Part shown: piece by piece, positions 30,738 to 39,685 of the stretch | How positions within the stretch are numbered: position 1 is the stretch's first letter | Layout of the letters: every line of letters begins with the position of its first letter | NCBI GenBank assembly: GCA_049700315.1 | Contig: JBNAVN010000001.1 | Coordinates: 4,776-68,775 of the forward strand | Length of the DNA stretch: 64,000 bases | Direction of reading: 5' to 3' | From: a bacterium | GTDB taxonomy: Bacteria > Hydrothermota > Tepidihabitantia > SM23-42 > JAOAFX01 | Program-made: the position numbers and the translations under genes | The notes under the pieces: model-generated | Told to the model about the DNA's origin: nothing | The model's input: the letters and a program-made list of their open reading frames with translations, nothing else | Database searches by the model: none

Positions 30738-31028
30738 ATGGATTTGAACGAATACCAAGAAATCATAAAAGAAATATATTTTGAAAAAGACTCAAACAGG
30801 AGTCTTGATAAGACATTTAACTGGCTTGTTGAAGAAACCGGAGAACTGGCACGGGCAATTCGCAAAAAGGATAAAAAAATGATCACTGAAGAATTTGCTG
30901 ATTGCCTTGCCTGGTTATTATCAGTTGGTTCTATCCTTGGCATTGATGCAGAAAAGGCAATGGAGAAATACGCCAAGGGATGCCCAAAATGTGGGAAAAT
31001 GCCGTGTGGATGTAATGAAGATGGTTGA
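30738..31028 (+). CDS. Small MazG-like nucleotide pyrophosphohydrolase-domain protein with Cys-rich C-terminal tail
   Basis: EExxE metal-binding pattern (LVEETGELARAI...EEFADCLAWLL) of the MazG/HisE superfamily. Tail CPKCGKMPCGC. Start taken at MDLNEY. Confidence 0.65.
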   Translation: MDLNEYQEIIKEIYFEKDSNRSLDKTFNWLVEETGELARAIRKKDKKMITEEFADCLAWLLSVGSILGIDAEKAMEKYAKGCPKCGKMPCGCNEDG

Positions 31029-31053
31029 TGGGTTAGGGTTGGGAAGCTAGTTT

Positions 31054-31497
31054 ATGAATCGCAGTAAAAAAATAGCCAGTTTTAGAGATCTAGAAATCTA
31101 TCAAGAATCATACAATGCGGCAATTATGGTCATAAAAAGAATAATCCCTAAGTTGCCGCTGGAGGAAAAATACGACTTAGGCAGTCAATTAAGACGATCG
31201 GTTAAAGCAATTCCCAGGCTTATTGCAGAGGGATATTCCAAAAGACACCAGACCAAAGGTTTTCAGAAATATTTAGATGATGCACTTGCTGAAAGCAATG
31301 AGACAATTGTCTCACTCAGTCAAGTTCGTGATATATATGGTGTTGAAACTGATTTTTGTAATAAACTCATAAATGAATATGAAATTATTTCGCGTCAGAT
31401 TTATCGTTTGACATTGATATGGGAATCCTTTGGCAAAAGAAAAAGACCAACATCTCAACCTAAACCCAATGACCATAACATAGAGGAGGTAAAGTGA
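31054..31497 (+). CDS. Four-helix-bundle protein (family often found in 23S rRNA intervening sequences)
   Basis: SFRDLEIYQESY...IVSLSQ pattern typical of the TIGR02436-like four-helix-bundle family. ATGA overlap with the next gene. Confidence 0.65.
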   Translation: MNRSKKIASFRDLEIYQESYNAAIMVIKRIIPKLPLEEKYDLGSQLRRSVKAIPRLIAEGYSKRHQTKGFQKYLDDALAESNETIVSLSQVRDIYGVETDFCNKLINEYEIISRQIYRLTLIWESFGKRKRPTSQPKPNDHNIEEVK

Positions 31498-32579
31498 CCT
31501 TTTTTCTCTTGATATTCACAACCACCATCTCCCCACCCGGGGTGGTGCGGGCTTATGATGCGCCTGATGATGGCGGTGGTGCTGTAATAATAGAATGGCA
31601 GTTGTCACCAGATGATGCCATTATTGACGGTTATGAAATCTACCGGAGCGAAAATGGAATAGATTTTGAAAAGGTAGGATTTATCGGCAGGAGTAGAAAT
31701 TCCATTGATGACCAGACCGAAGATGGAACGAAATATTACTACAGAGTTGCTTCCCTGAAAGATACCGTAAGAGTATTTTCAGATATATCTTCACCGGTTA
31801 TGAGTTCTGCCCAGTGGATTGACCGCAATAAAATCAATATCCTCGTTGCATTGATGATTTTTGGTGGCATCATATTATATTATGTTTATCACGCAAAAAA
31901 AGGCAAAGAATTATACATTCGTAGAATCGCTGGACTTCAAGCAGTGGATGATGCAGTGGGCAGGGCAACAGAAATGGGCAAACCACTATTGTATATTCCG
32001 GGAATAGGCTATATAGAATATATTGCCACGATTGCATCAATGAACATCCTGGGAGAAGTAGCAAAGAAAGTTGCTCAGTATGATACCAAGTTCATAAATC
32101 CTCATGCTGACCCAATCGTTTATACTGTAGCACGGGAAATCATAAAAGAGGCATATACCAAAGTGGGGAGGCCAGACGCCTTCAATCCTGATTGCGTCTA
32201 TTTTATTACTGATTCCCAATTTGCCTTTGCCGCTGCCTGTGATGGTATAATGGTCCGTGAGCAACCAGCCGCGAATTTTTTGATTGGCTGGTTCCGTGCT
32301 GAATCTCTCATTCTTGCCGAAACCGGTGCTTCAACTGGGGCAATCCAAATTGCGGGAACCGACCAGTTGTCACAATTGCCTTTCTTTGTCACTGCCTGCG
32401 ATTATACATTGATTGGAGAAGAGTTATATGCAGCATCCGCATATATTTCAAAAGAACCATTGCTTTTAGGAGCCATCAAGGGGGAAGACCTTATTAAACT
32501 CATCATTGGTATTGTACTGATTTGCGCCTCGGTCATCGGTCTTAGCACGAAATTCCCAATCTTGAATTTGTTTAGATAG
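31494..32579 (+). CDS. Module copy 1, protein A: signal peptide + FN3-like domain + TM + conserved ~230 aa cytoplasmic domain + C-terminal TM (unknown family)
   Basis: Paralogous to 36400-37156 of ORF 35033-37156 and to 59521-60600(-). Shared motifs RRIAGLxAxDxAVGRATEMGKP, DPIVYTVAREI, AESLIxAExGASTGAIQIAGTD, QLPFFVTACDYTLIGEELYAASAY. Confidence 0.8.
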   Translation: MTFFLLIFTTTISPPGVVRAYDAPDDGGGAVIIEWQLSPDDAIIDGYEIYRSENGIDFEKVGFIGRSRNSIDDQTEDGTKYYYRVASLKDTVRVFSDISSPVMSSAQWIDRNKINILVALMIFGGIILYYVYHAKKGKELYIRRIAGLQAVDDAVGRATEMGKPLLYIPGIGYIEYIATIASMNILGEVAKKVAQYDTKFINPHADPIVYTVAREIIKEAYTKVGRPDAFNPDCVYFITDSQFAFAAACDGIMVREQPAANFLIGWFRAESLILAETGASTGAIQIAGTDQLSQLPFFVTACDYTLIGEELYAASAYISKEPLLLGAIKGEDLIKLIIGIVLICASVIGLSTKFPILNLFR

Positions 32580-32588
32580 GAGGATGAT

Positions 32589-33248
32589 ATGAAAAGAACA
32601 CTCCCTCTGATTTTAGTCTTCATCTTTGGAATTTGTGGTATTATTCCATTTTTAATACCACATCCTTATGTCCAGGGAACCGATGAGTTGTTACGTAATG
32701 ATTTATTAAGAATCCTCGCTGCATTCGCGCTGGTCTTAGGATTAGGGAGTCTACTGAGTGTCCACTTTGAAAAAATTCGTCGGCATAGACAAAACTGGCA
32801 ATATTCCTATGTTTTACTCATTGTCTTTTTTGTCACTTCAATCATCGGTCTTTTCGGTGGAGTTGCCGGTACCGGACCATTGCCGACAAAAATCGGTGCA
32901 TTCCCTTTTGACATCCAAACAATTTATATGAATATTGAAGTTCCGCTTGGTTCTACAATGTTTGCGCTATTGGCATTTTTGATGGCATCTGCTGCATACC
33001 GTGCTTTCCGTGCCCGCTCAACCGAAGCAAGTCTACTTCTTGTCGCAGCATTTATCGTAATGATTGGTATCCTCCCCCTTGGGAATAAAATTTCACCACA
33101 TCTTCCTTCATTCGCCCAATGGATTATGGATGTCCCAAATGTTGCGGGTAAAAGAGGTATTGGCTTTGGCATCGCCCTTGGCTCATTGGCAACAGCACTG
33201 AAAATCATTCTTGGAATAGAAAGGTCATGGCTTGGAGGTGGTGAATGA
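32589..33248 (+). CDS. Module copy 1, protein B: polytopic inner-membrane protein (unknown family)
   Basis: Paralogous to 37264-37941 and 58901-59524(-). Shared motifs [11 protein letters not shown], [18 protein letters not shown], LGIERSWLGG. Confidence 0.8.
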   Translation: MKRTLPLILVFIFGICGIIPFLIPHPYVQGTDELLRNDLLRILAAFALVLGLGSLLSVHFEKIRRHRQNWQYSYVLLIVFFVTSIIGLFGGVAGTGPLPTKIGAFPFDIQTIYMNIEVPLGSTMFALLAFLMASAAYRAFRARSTEASLLLVAAFIVMIGILPLGNKISPHLPSFAQWIMDVPNVAGKRGIGFGIALGSLATALKIILGIERSWLGGGE

Positions 33249-34108
33249 AGATTGTTGATCTAATGCTAAAGATTGACCGAAGAATCATCTATCTTGCCCT
33301 TGCTATTGTAGTAATTGTTCCATTGATTATAAAGTCCCCTCAGCATGTCCGAGTGATGACACCAGTTGAAAAACTTTTCAATGCGGTTGACACAATTCAT
33401 CAGGATAAAGCAATGATTCTTGACTGCGATTATGACCCTCAAACACAACCAGAATTGGAGCCTATGGCAATTGCTGTTCTCAGACACGCCTTCAAGAAAA
33501 GAATCAAGGTGCTGGTCTTGAGTTTATATGTGCAACCATTGGGGCTGGCAAAAGCCGCCTTAGACCAAACCGTGCAAGAACATAACCGCGAAGCAAAAAC
33601 GAATGAAGATAGTCTAATCTATGGAAGAGATTATGTCTTTTTAGGATGGCAGCCACCACCAATTGTTCCAATGCTCGGTATGGGTGAGAGTATTACCAAG
33701 GTTTACAAAAAAGATTATTACGGTCATCAGACAGATTCTCTGCCCCTGATGAAGACGATAAAGAACTACAATAATATTGAACTACTCGTATCACTGAGTG
33801 GTGCTGATACACCTCTTCTCTGGGTTGCCTATGCTCAAAACAGATTTGGAGTTCCGGTTGGTGCTGGGTGTACGGCTGTTTCAGCATCTGATTTCTATCC
33901 CTATCTTCAGACCGGTCAATTTTCTGGTCTATTGATCGGAATGAAGGGCGGTGCTGAATATGAAGAAATCGTAGAAGGAAAACTCGGAATACAGAGAAGA
34001 AGAAAGGCGAGCGAATCGCTTCTTTCACTTACTTATGCCCATTTGATAATGATATTATTTATTATTATTGGTAACATAGGTTATTTCATCAAGAGGAGGC
34101 AGAAATGA
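33245..34108 (+). CDS. Module copy 1, protein C: bitopic protein with N- and C-terminal TM helices and a ~230 aa periplasmic domain (unknown family)
   Basis: Paralogous to 37991-38866 and 58048-58869(-). Shared motifs LKIDRRIxxLxxAL, DYDPQTxPELxPMxIAxLRHAF, IYGRDYVFLG. Overlaps B by 4 nt. Confidence 0.8.
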   Translation: MKIVDLMLKIDRRIIYLALAIVVIVPLIIKSPQHVRVMTPVEKLFNAVDTIHQDKAMILDCDYDPQTQPELEPMAIAVLRHAFKKRIKVLVLSLYVQPLGLAKAALDQTVQEHNREAKTNEDSLIYGRDYVFLGWQPPPIVPMLGMGESITKVYKKDYYGHQTDSLPLMKTIKNYNNIELLVSLSGADTPLLWVAYAQNRFGVPVGAGCTAVSASDFYPYLQTGQFSGLLIGMKGGAEYEEIVEGKLGIQRRRKASESLLSLTYAHLIMILFIIIGNIGYFIKRRQK

Positions 34109-34746
34109 GTTTCAGTCATGACCCCTGGATCTGGATTAGTTCACTTTTGAGCCTTGCAATATTCTCTTTTCTTTACAAAGATAACCCATTCTACAAATTT
34201 GCTGAACATGTCTTTGTTGGCGCAGCAAATGGCTATGCAGTAACATTCTACTGGCACAATATCCTGGTTCCCTCACTCTTTGACCCGTTATTCAGACAAG
34301 GAAAATTACTTTATATAATAATCTTTGTTGTTGGTATACTATACTTCACAAGATTTATTCCTAAGATTTCCTGGCTTGTTAGAATACCAATTGCCATTCA
34401 AATTGGTTATTATACAGGTGCTGCTATTCCCGCAACCATACAAGCGGATATCATAAAGCAAATTCAGGGAACAATTCTTACAAAAGAGAACTTCCTCGCC
34501 TGGCATGCGGGAAACACGGGCATAGTCTGGTCAGTGATTCTGCTTGTTGGTGTCCTGTGCACTCTTTCCTACTTCTATTTTTCCCGAGAACACAAAGGAG
34601 TACTAAAAGTCACTTCACGCATTGGTATTGTTTTTATTATGATCGGTTTTGGTGCGGCATTCGGTTATACAGTAATGGCTAGGGTGAGCCTTTTGATTGG
34701 TCGGTTACAATTTCTACTGGGCCCCTGGCTGGGAATAATTAAATAA
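34105..34746 (+). CDS. Module copy 1, protein D: polytopic membrane protein (unknown family)
   Basis: Paralogous to 38998-39618 and 57434-58051(-). Shared motifs DPWIWIxxxL, FLYKxNPFY, SWLVRIPIA, ADIIKQIQGT, SREHKG, VMARxSLLIGRLQFLxGxWLGII. Overlaps C by 4 nt. Confidence 0.8.
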   Translation: MSFSHDPWIWISSLLSLAIFSFLYKDNPFYKFAEHVFVGAANGYAVTFYWHNILVPSLFDPLFRQGKLLYIIIFVVGILYFTRFIPKISWLVRIPIAIQIGYYTGAAIPATIQADIIKQIQGTILTKENFLAWHAGNTGIVWSVILLVGVLCTLSYFYFSREHKGVLKVTSRIGIVFIMIGFGAAFGYTVMARVSLLIGRLQFLLGPWLGIIK

Positions 34747-34840
34747 CAAATACTGGTTAGATTGTTAAATGGTTAAATAAACAAAGGTAATAAAGGGAAT
34801 TTTAAAGAGAAGGTGGTATTACTAAAATAAGACTAAAAAA

Positions 34841-34877
34841 TGCAACATTTCTCTGCCTGGCAGAAAAATGTTGCAAA
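34841..34877. promoter_or_regulatory. 16-17 bp near-perfect inverted repeat (TGCAACATTTCTCTGCC / GGCAGAAAAATGTTGCA) in the intergenic region between module copies 1 and 2
   Basis: Read directly from the sequence. Spacerless palindrome with one mismatch. Candidate operator or structured RNA upstream of the copy-2 A gene. Confidence 0.45.
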
Positions 34878-35032
34878 ATGTAAGATTTATCTTGATTTTT
34901 ATGGAATAACAAATATACTTAAGAGTAGCTTCATATCGGTCAAATCCGACTGTGAAAAATTAAATTGCTGATTTTTATTGGAACATGAATGTAAGGCAAC
35001 GTTTGAAGATGGGCGCACAATTATAAAAAGGG

Positions 35033-37156
35033 GTGTTTATGATGAACTCCATATTTTTTATCTTTGTTTTCTCGGTCCTGAATCCGCCCGAAAATGTTCG
35101 GGCATTGAAGGTAATCAATCAGGATAGCATCAGCATCACCATCACCTGGGATGTAAAAGAAGAAAAGGATTTTGATGGTTTTGAAATCTATCGCTCAAAA
35201 TATAAACTCTTAAAAACTGTATTTCAGGATACCATCTTTATTGATAATGATATCAAGACTGATAACGAATATCTCTATGATATAGTAAAAAAAGAAAGAA
35301 TGAAGGAATACAACCATCAAAAGAATTTTCTAAAGGTCGTCTCAATCGGTTATTTAGTTATAAAAGATACAATTAATAAAAGGAATATCATAAAATGGAG
35401 AAGACCAAATGACCTCTACCTCGGCGAAACTTATGAGATATGGCGCACAGAAAAGAATGGCGATTATGAACTCCTCGGTAGTGTGGATAAGAACCAAAAA
35501 AGTTTCCGTGATACGACAATGAAGGATGGGGTAAAATACTTCTATAAGGTTGCAGGGATAAAAGGGAATGAAAAAATATTCTCAGAGCCATCTTCTCCAC
35601 TCTTTACCATTGGCACTCCAAAATTTATCCATACTTGTGATATTCCCAATGACGAAGGAGAAGGTTTCAGAATAACCTGGGAACCGTCTCCAAATTATGA
35701 TATGATAAAGAGTTATGCATTGCTGCGCCTTGTCTATGATTCTATCGCTGCATTCAAAGATACCTTTTCTTATACTGATACAACTATAAAAAAAGATATT
35801 GAATACCATTACTACATTGGGAAAAACTATCAGATCACAATGCCGGCAAAGATTGTAGCAGATTCAATAGGAATGACAGGTAGGGTAATAAAAATAGAAT
35901 GGAAACTAAATCCGAAAGTTATTGGTCAGAATTATGACCTTACCCTTGTCTATCGTGCTGAAAGAGATAGTGCTGATAGATTCAAATATGTTGATTATAC
36001 TGCACCGGATGAAACAAAGTTTTTGGATGGAACTGCAGAACCAGATAAAGAATATATCTATGAAGCAAGGGCGGTTAAGGAAATCTCAATCCCATTCAAG
36101 ATTGAAAAGGATACAATCATCAATGGCAAAAGAAGTATTTCACTTTTCTGGAAAGGTTCAAAAGAACCACCTGAATTCTTGGGATATTATGTAATGCGGG
36201 CAGAAAAGGATAGTGGAAATTATGGTGTTTATGCACGTCTGGGAACTCAGATAGATAAATATCAGGACCGGGTTGGTATATATAACGGAATTCCTTATGC
36301 TTACCAGATTGTAGCAATAACAAAAGATGGAGAAAGAATATCATCAAAGACAACACCTTATGTGGTTGCTTCTCCCCAGTGGTTTCATACCGGTAGAATA
36401 AATGCCCTGATTGGCATTGTGATATTCATCTTTCTCGTCATATTCTTTATGGAATATACAAAAAAGGCAAAAAAGGATATCTTTGTGCGGCGCATTGCAG
36501 GTTTGTCAGCAATTGATGAGGCAGTGGGCAGGGCAACAGAAATGGGAAGACCAATTCTCTATGTTCCCGGGACATCGGTCATTGACGATGTCGCAACAAT
36601 TGCATCTTTGAATATTCTTGCTGAAGTCGCAAAAAAGACTGCGCAGTATAATACGCCATTAATCGTCCCCAACCGTGACCCGATTGTCTATACAGTCGCT
36701 CGCGAGGTTGTTAAAGAATCCTATAACAAAGTAGGCAGACCTGATGCATTTAATCCTGATAGTGTATATTTCGTCACTGATTCCCAGTTTGCCTATGCAG
36801 CAGCAGTAAGCGGCATTATGATCAGAGAAAAACCCGCAACAAATTTTCTGGTTGGAATGTTCTGGGCAGAATCTTTGATTATGGCAGAAAGCGGTGCATC
36901 TACTGGTGCAATACAGATTGCAGGAACAGATGCAGTTACACAACTGCCATTCTTTATCACGGCCTGCGATTATACACTCATTGGTGAAGAACTATATGCA
37001 GCAAGTGCATACATCTCAAGGAACCCAACGCTTTTAGCCGCGCTGAAGAGTCAGGATTATTGCAAATTAGTAATTGCCGGGGTGATGGCAATAGCAACAT
37101 TCCTTGCCCTTTTAAAAATCGGCATCCCGGTATTTAATTTATTCAATATTCAATGA
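35033..37156 (+). CDS. Module copy 2, protein A (expanded: signal peptide + ~5 FN3-like repeats + TM + conserved cytoplasmic domain + C-terminal TM)
   Basis: 707 aa. The C-terminal 250 aa align motif-for-motif with copy-1 A. The N-terminus holds repeated units with W...Y(E/R)I(Y/W)R...KY(F/Y)YKVAGI patterns. Confidence 0.8.
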   Translation: MFMMNSIFFIFVFSVLNPPENVRALKVINQDSISITITWDVKEEKDFDGFEIYRSKYKLLKTVFQDTIFIDNDIKTDNEYLYDIVKKERMKEYNHQKNFLKVVSIGYLVIKDTINKRNIIKWRRPNDLYLGETYEIWRTEKNGDYELLGSVDKNQKSFRDTTMKDGVKYFYKVAGIKGNEKIFSEPSSPLFTIGTPKFIHTCDIPNDEGEGFRITWEPSPNYDMIKSYALLRLVYDSIAAFKDTFSYTDTTIKKDIEYHYYIGKNYQITMPAKIVADSIGMTGRVIKIEWKLNPKVIGQNYDLTLVYRAERDSADRFKYVDYTAPDETKFLDGTAEPDKEYIYEARAVKEISIPFKIEKDTIINGKRSISLFWKGSKEPPEFLGYYVMRAEKDSGNYGVYARLGTQIDKYQDRVGIYNGIPYAYQIVAITKDGERISSKTTPYVVASPQWFHTGRINALIGIVIFIFLVIFFMEYTKKAKKDIFVRRIAGLSAIDEAVGRATEMGRPILYVPGTSVIDDVATIASLNILAEVAKKTAQYNTPLIVPNRDPIVYTVAREVVKESYNKVGRPDAFNPDSVYFVTDSQFAYAAAVSGIMIREKPATNFLVGMFWAESLIMAESGASTGAIQIAGTDAVTQLPFFITACDYTLIGEELYAASAYISRNPTLLAALKSQDYCKLVIAGVMAIATFLALLKIGIPVFNLFNIQ

Positions 37157-37263
37157 AAAAAGTTGGTTAAATGGTTAAAAGGTTAGATATAAAAAAGAAT
37201 GGTATCTTGTTGTTGTTCCAATTATTTAACCAATTACCATTTAACCAAAAATAAGGAGGTCTT

Positions 37264-37941
37264 ATGCAAAGAACAATTCCTTTAATAATTGTTTTGATAA
37301 TCGGCATTGCAATGCTTGTCCAATTCTTTGTTCCCCACAAGATATCCAAGGATATCTATATGTACTTCCTTGACTGGCTTGGAATCATTGCAGCATTCGC
37401 ACTGGTCCTTGGATTGGGCAGTTTGATAAACCATCACCTGGACAAGATTCAAAGGAAAAGAGAACACTGGCCCTATTCTTATGTTACATTGATTGCCATT
37501 TTGGTTACGGCAATAATCGGGCTTTTTGGCGGAATGGAAGGTAAGGGACCTTTACCAGTTCAACCACAATTTATGCTTGGCAATAAACTTATTGTGATTA
37601 AATATTCAATCCAGACAATCTATGAAAATATCATGACCCCGCTTGGTGGAACAATGTTTGCACTTCTGGCATTTTTTATGGCTTCAGCAGCGTATCGTGC
37701 ATTCCGTGCCCGCACATTTGAAGCCACACTCTTACTTGTTGCTGCATTCATCGTAATGATTGGTGTGGTACCACTTGGTTATTACATTTCACCAAAACTT
37801 CCTCATCTTGCTCAGTGGATAATGGATGTACCAAATACCGCTTCCAAAAGGGGAATCCTGTTTGGCGTTGGTCTGGGAATTGCCTCAACTTCTCTAAAGA
37901 TTATGCTCGGTATTGAAAGGAACTGGCTGGGAGGAAAATGA
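37264..37941 (+). CDS. Module copy 2, protein B
   Basis: 225 aa. Same motifs as copy-1 B. Confidence 0.8.
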   Translation: MQRTIPLIIVLIIGIAMLVQFFVPHKISKDIYMYFLDWLGIIAAFALVLGLGSLINHHLDKIQRKREHWPYSYVTLIAILVTAIIGLFGGMEGKGPLPVQPQFMLGNKLIVIKYSIQTIYENIMTPLGGTMFALLAFFMASAAYRAFRARTFEATLLLVAAFIVMIGVVPLGYYISPKLPHLAQWIMDVPNTASKRGILFGVGLGIASTSLKIMLGIERNWLGGK

Positions 37942-37990
37942 TGGTCAAATCGTCTGATAGTTGGATGGTTAAAATAGGAAGGAGTAGAAT

Positions 37991-38866
37991 ATGAATCTGT
38001 GGGAGTATCTGTTAAAAATTGATAGAAGAATTGTTTTCTTGCTTGTTGGACTTTCGGTATTGATACCGTTAATATTCCCATTTGCAATAAAGACAAATGT
38101 AATGCCGCCAACCCAGACATTATTTAATACCATTGAAGAAATTGACCCTGAGGCAAAAGGCATTCTGATTGCTGCGGATTATGACCCTCAGACAATGCCT
38201 GAACTACAGCCAATGTTGATTGCCCTTTTGCGACATGCTTTTGCAAGAAGAATTCCTGTTCTTGTGATGACTTCTTATATTCAGGGTCCTGGGCTTGCAA
38301 AACAGGGACTTGACCAGGTGACCCAGGAATTCAATAGCCAGGCAATGATAAACGCAGATTCAATAATATACGGAAGGGATTATGTCTTTTTGGGTTTTCC
38401 ACCATTGTGGCTCGCTGCGGTTCTGAGAATGGGTTCTGATATCAGTCAGGCATTTCCTGCAGATTACTATAAAAACAGAACCGGATCTCTTGAAATGATG
38501 AAAAGAATAAAAAACTATAATGATATTGGGATTATTGTCTCCATTGCAGGTAGTGCCATTCCTCAATCCTGGGTAACCTATGCAAATACAAGATTTGGTG
38601 TAAAGGTCGGCTCAGGTGCAACTGCGGTCACTGCCCCTGATTTCTATCCATTCCTACAGACCGGACAGATGAGCGGAATGATTGCCGGATTGAAAGGCGC
38701 TTCTGAATATGAGTATCTTGTCAATACAAAATATAATCTTACCGGTCCAACCCCAGCGACAAGGGGGATGAGTTCCCAGTCTATTGCCCATCTTATGATT
38801 TTGCTTCTGGTCATCATCGGTAACATCGGACATTTTGCCACCCGCAAGAAGAAAACAAATGGTTAA
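37991..38866 (+). CDS. Module copy 2, protein C
   Basis: 291 aa. Same motifs and topology as copy-1 C. Confidence 0.8.
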   Translation: MNLWEYLLKIDRRIVFLLVGLSVLIPLIFPFAIKTNVMPPTQTLFNTIEEIDPEAKGILIAADYDPQTMPELQPMLIALLRHAFARRIPVLVMTSYIQGPGLAKQGLDQVTQEFNSQAMINADSIIYGRDYVFLGFPPLWLAAVLRMGSDISQAFPADYYKNRTGSLEMMKRIKNYNDIGIIVSIAGSAIPQSWVTYANTRFGVKVGSGATAVTAPDFYPFLQTGQMSGMIAGLKGASEYEYLVNTKYNLTGPTPATRGMSSQSIAHLMILLLVIIGNIGHFATRKKKTNG

Positions 38867-38909
38867 ATGGTTAAATAAATTGAGTGAAATGGAAAAGGGT
38901 TGAATAAAA

Positions 38910-39008
38910 ATGGAAAAGAACAGTAAAGAAAAGAAAAAGTTTAAGACTTTTGAGGATTTAGAAATTTATAAAAAGGCAAGAGAGTTTAGGAGGTTTTATG
39001 AGCAATGA
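38910..39008 (+). pseudogene. Truncated N-terminal remnant (32 codons) of a four-helix-bundle protein gene
   Basis: MEKNSKEKKKFKTFEDLEIYKKAREFRRFYEQ* shares the (F)xDLEIY motif with the intact four-helix-bundle gene at 31054. It ends overlapping the copy-2 D start. Its AGGAGG serves as the D2 ribosome-binding site. Confidence 0.45.
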
Positions 39009-39618
39009 TCCCTGGATCTGGATTGGTGCATTCTTGACCATCGGAATTCTCTCTTTTCTGTATAAAGAGAATCCATTTTATAGATTTTGTGAGCATTTAT
39101 TTGTGGGTGTAGCAAATGGTTATGCCATTGCCGTAACCTGGCATCTGATATTGACACCAAGGCTCATTATGCCTTTGCAGGGCGGAAATTATCTTGTGCT
39201 CATTCCGATGATCATTGGTTTACTCTATTTTTGTAGGTTTATTCCCAAGGTATCCTGGCTTGTGCGGATTCCTATTGCGGTTGCCTTGGGATTCTCTTCA
39301 GGTGTGAGCATCCCTGCCATATTGCAGGCAGATATCATTAAGCAAATTCAAGGAACAGTTGTTTATCCCCATTTGTTTAACAACTGGCAGCAGGGATTAT
39401 GGGCAGTGCTAATATTCGTCGGTGTCATTGCCACGATATTCTTCTTCTTCTTTTCCAAAGAACATAAAGGAATTCTCAAACCGGTCTCCTATATTGGTAT
39501 TATCTTCATTATGGTTGGTTTTGGTGCATCTTTTGGTTATACAGTTATGGCACGATTATCACTACTTATCGGCAGATTACAATTTTTATTTGGCACCTGG
39601 CTGGGAATAATAAGATAA
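38998..39618 (+). CDS. Module copy 2, protein D
   Basis: 206 aa. Same motifs as copy-1 D. Confidence 0.8.
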   Translation: MSNDPWIWIGAFLTIGILSFLYKENPFYRFCEHLFVGVANGYAIAVTWHLILTPRLIMPLQGGNYLVLIPMIIGLLYFCRFIPKVSWLVRIPIAVALGFSSGVSIPAILQADIIKQIQGTVVYPHLFNNWQQGLWAVLIFVGVIATIFFFFFSKEHKGILKPVSYIGIIFIMVGFGASFGYTVMARLSLLIGRLQFLFGTWLGIIR

Positions 39619-39685
39619 GAGAAAAAGACATAAAAGAAATGGTAAGTAGTAGGTATTAAGTAGTAGTGGAGAAGATGTTGTAGAA

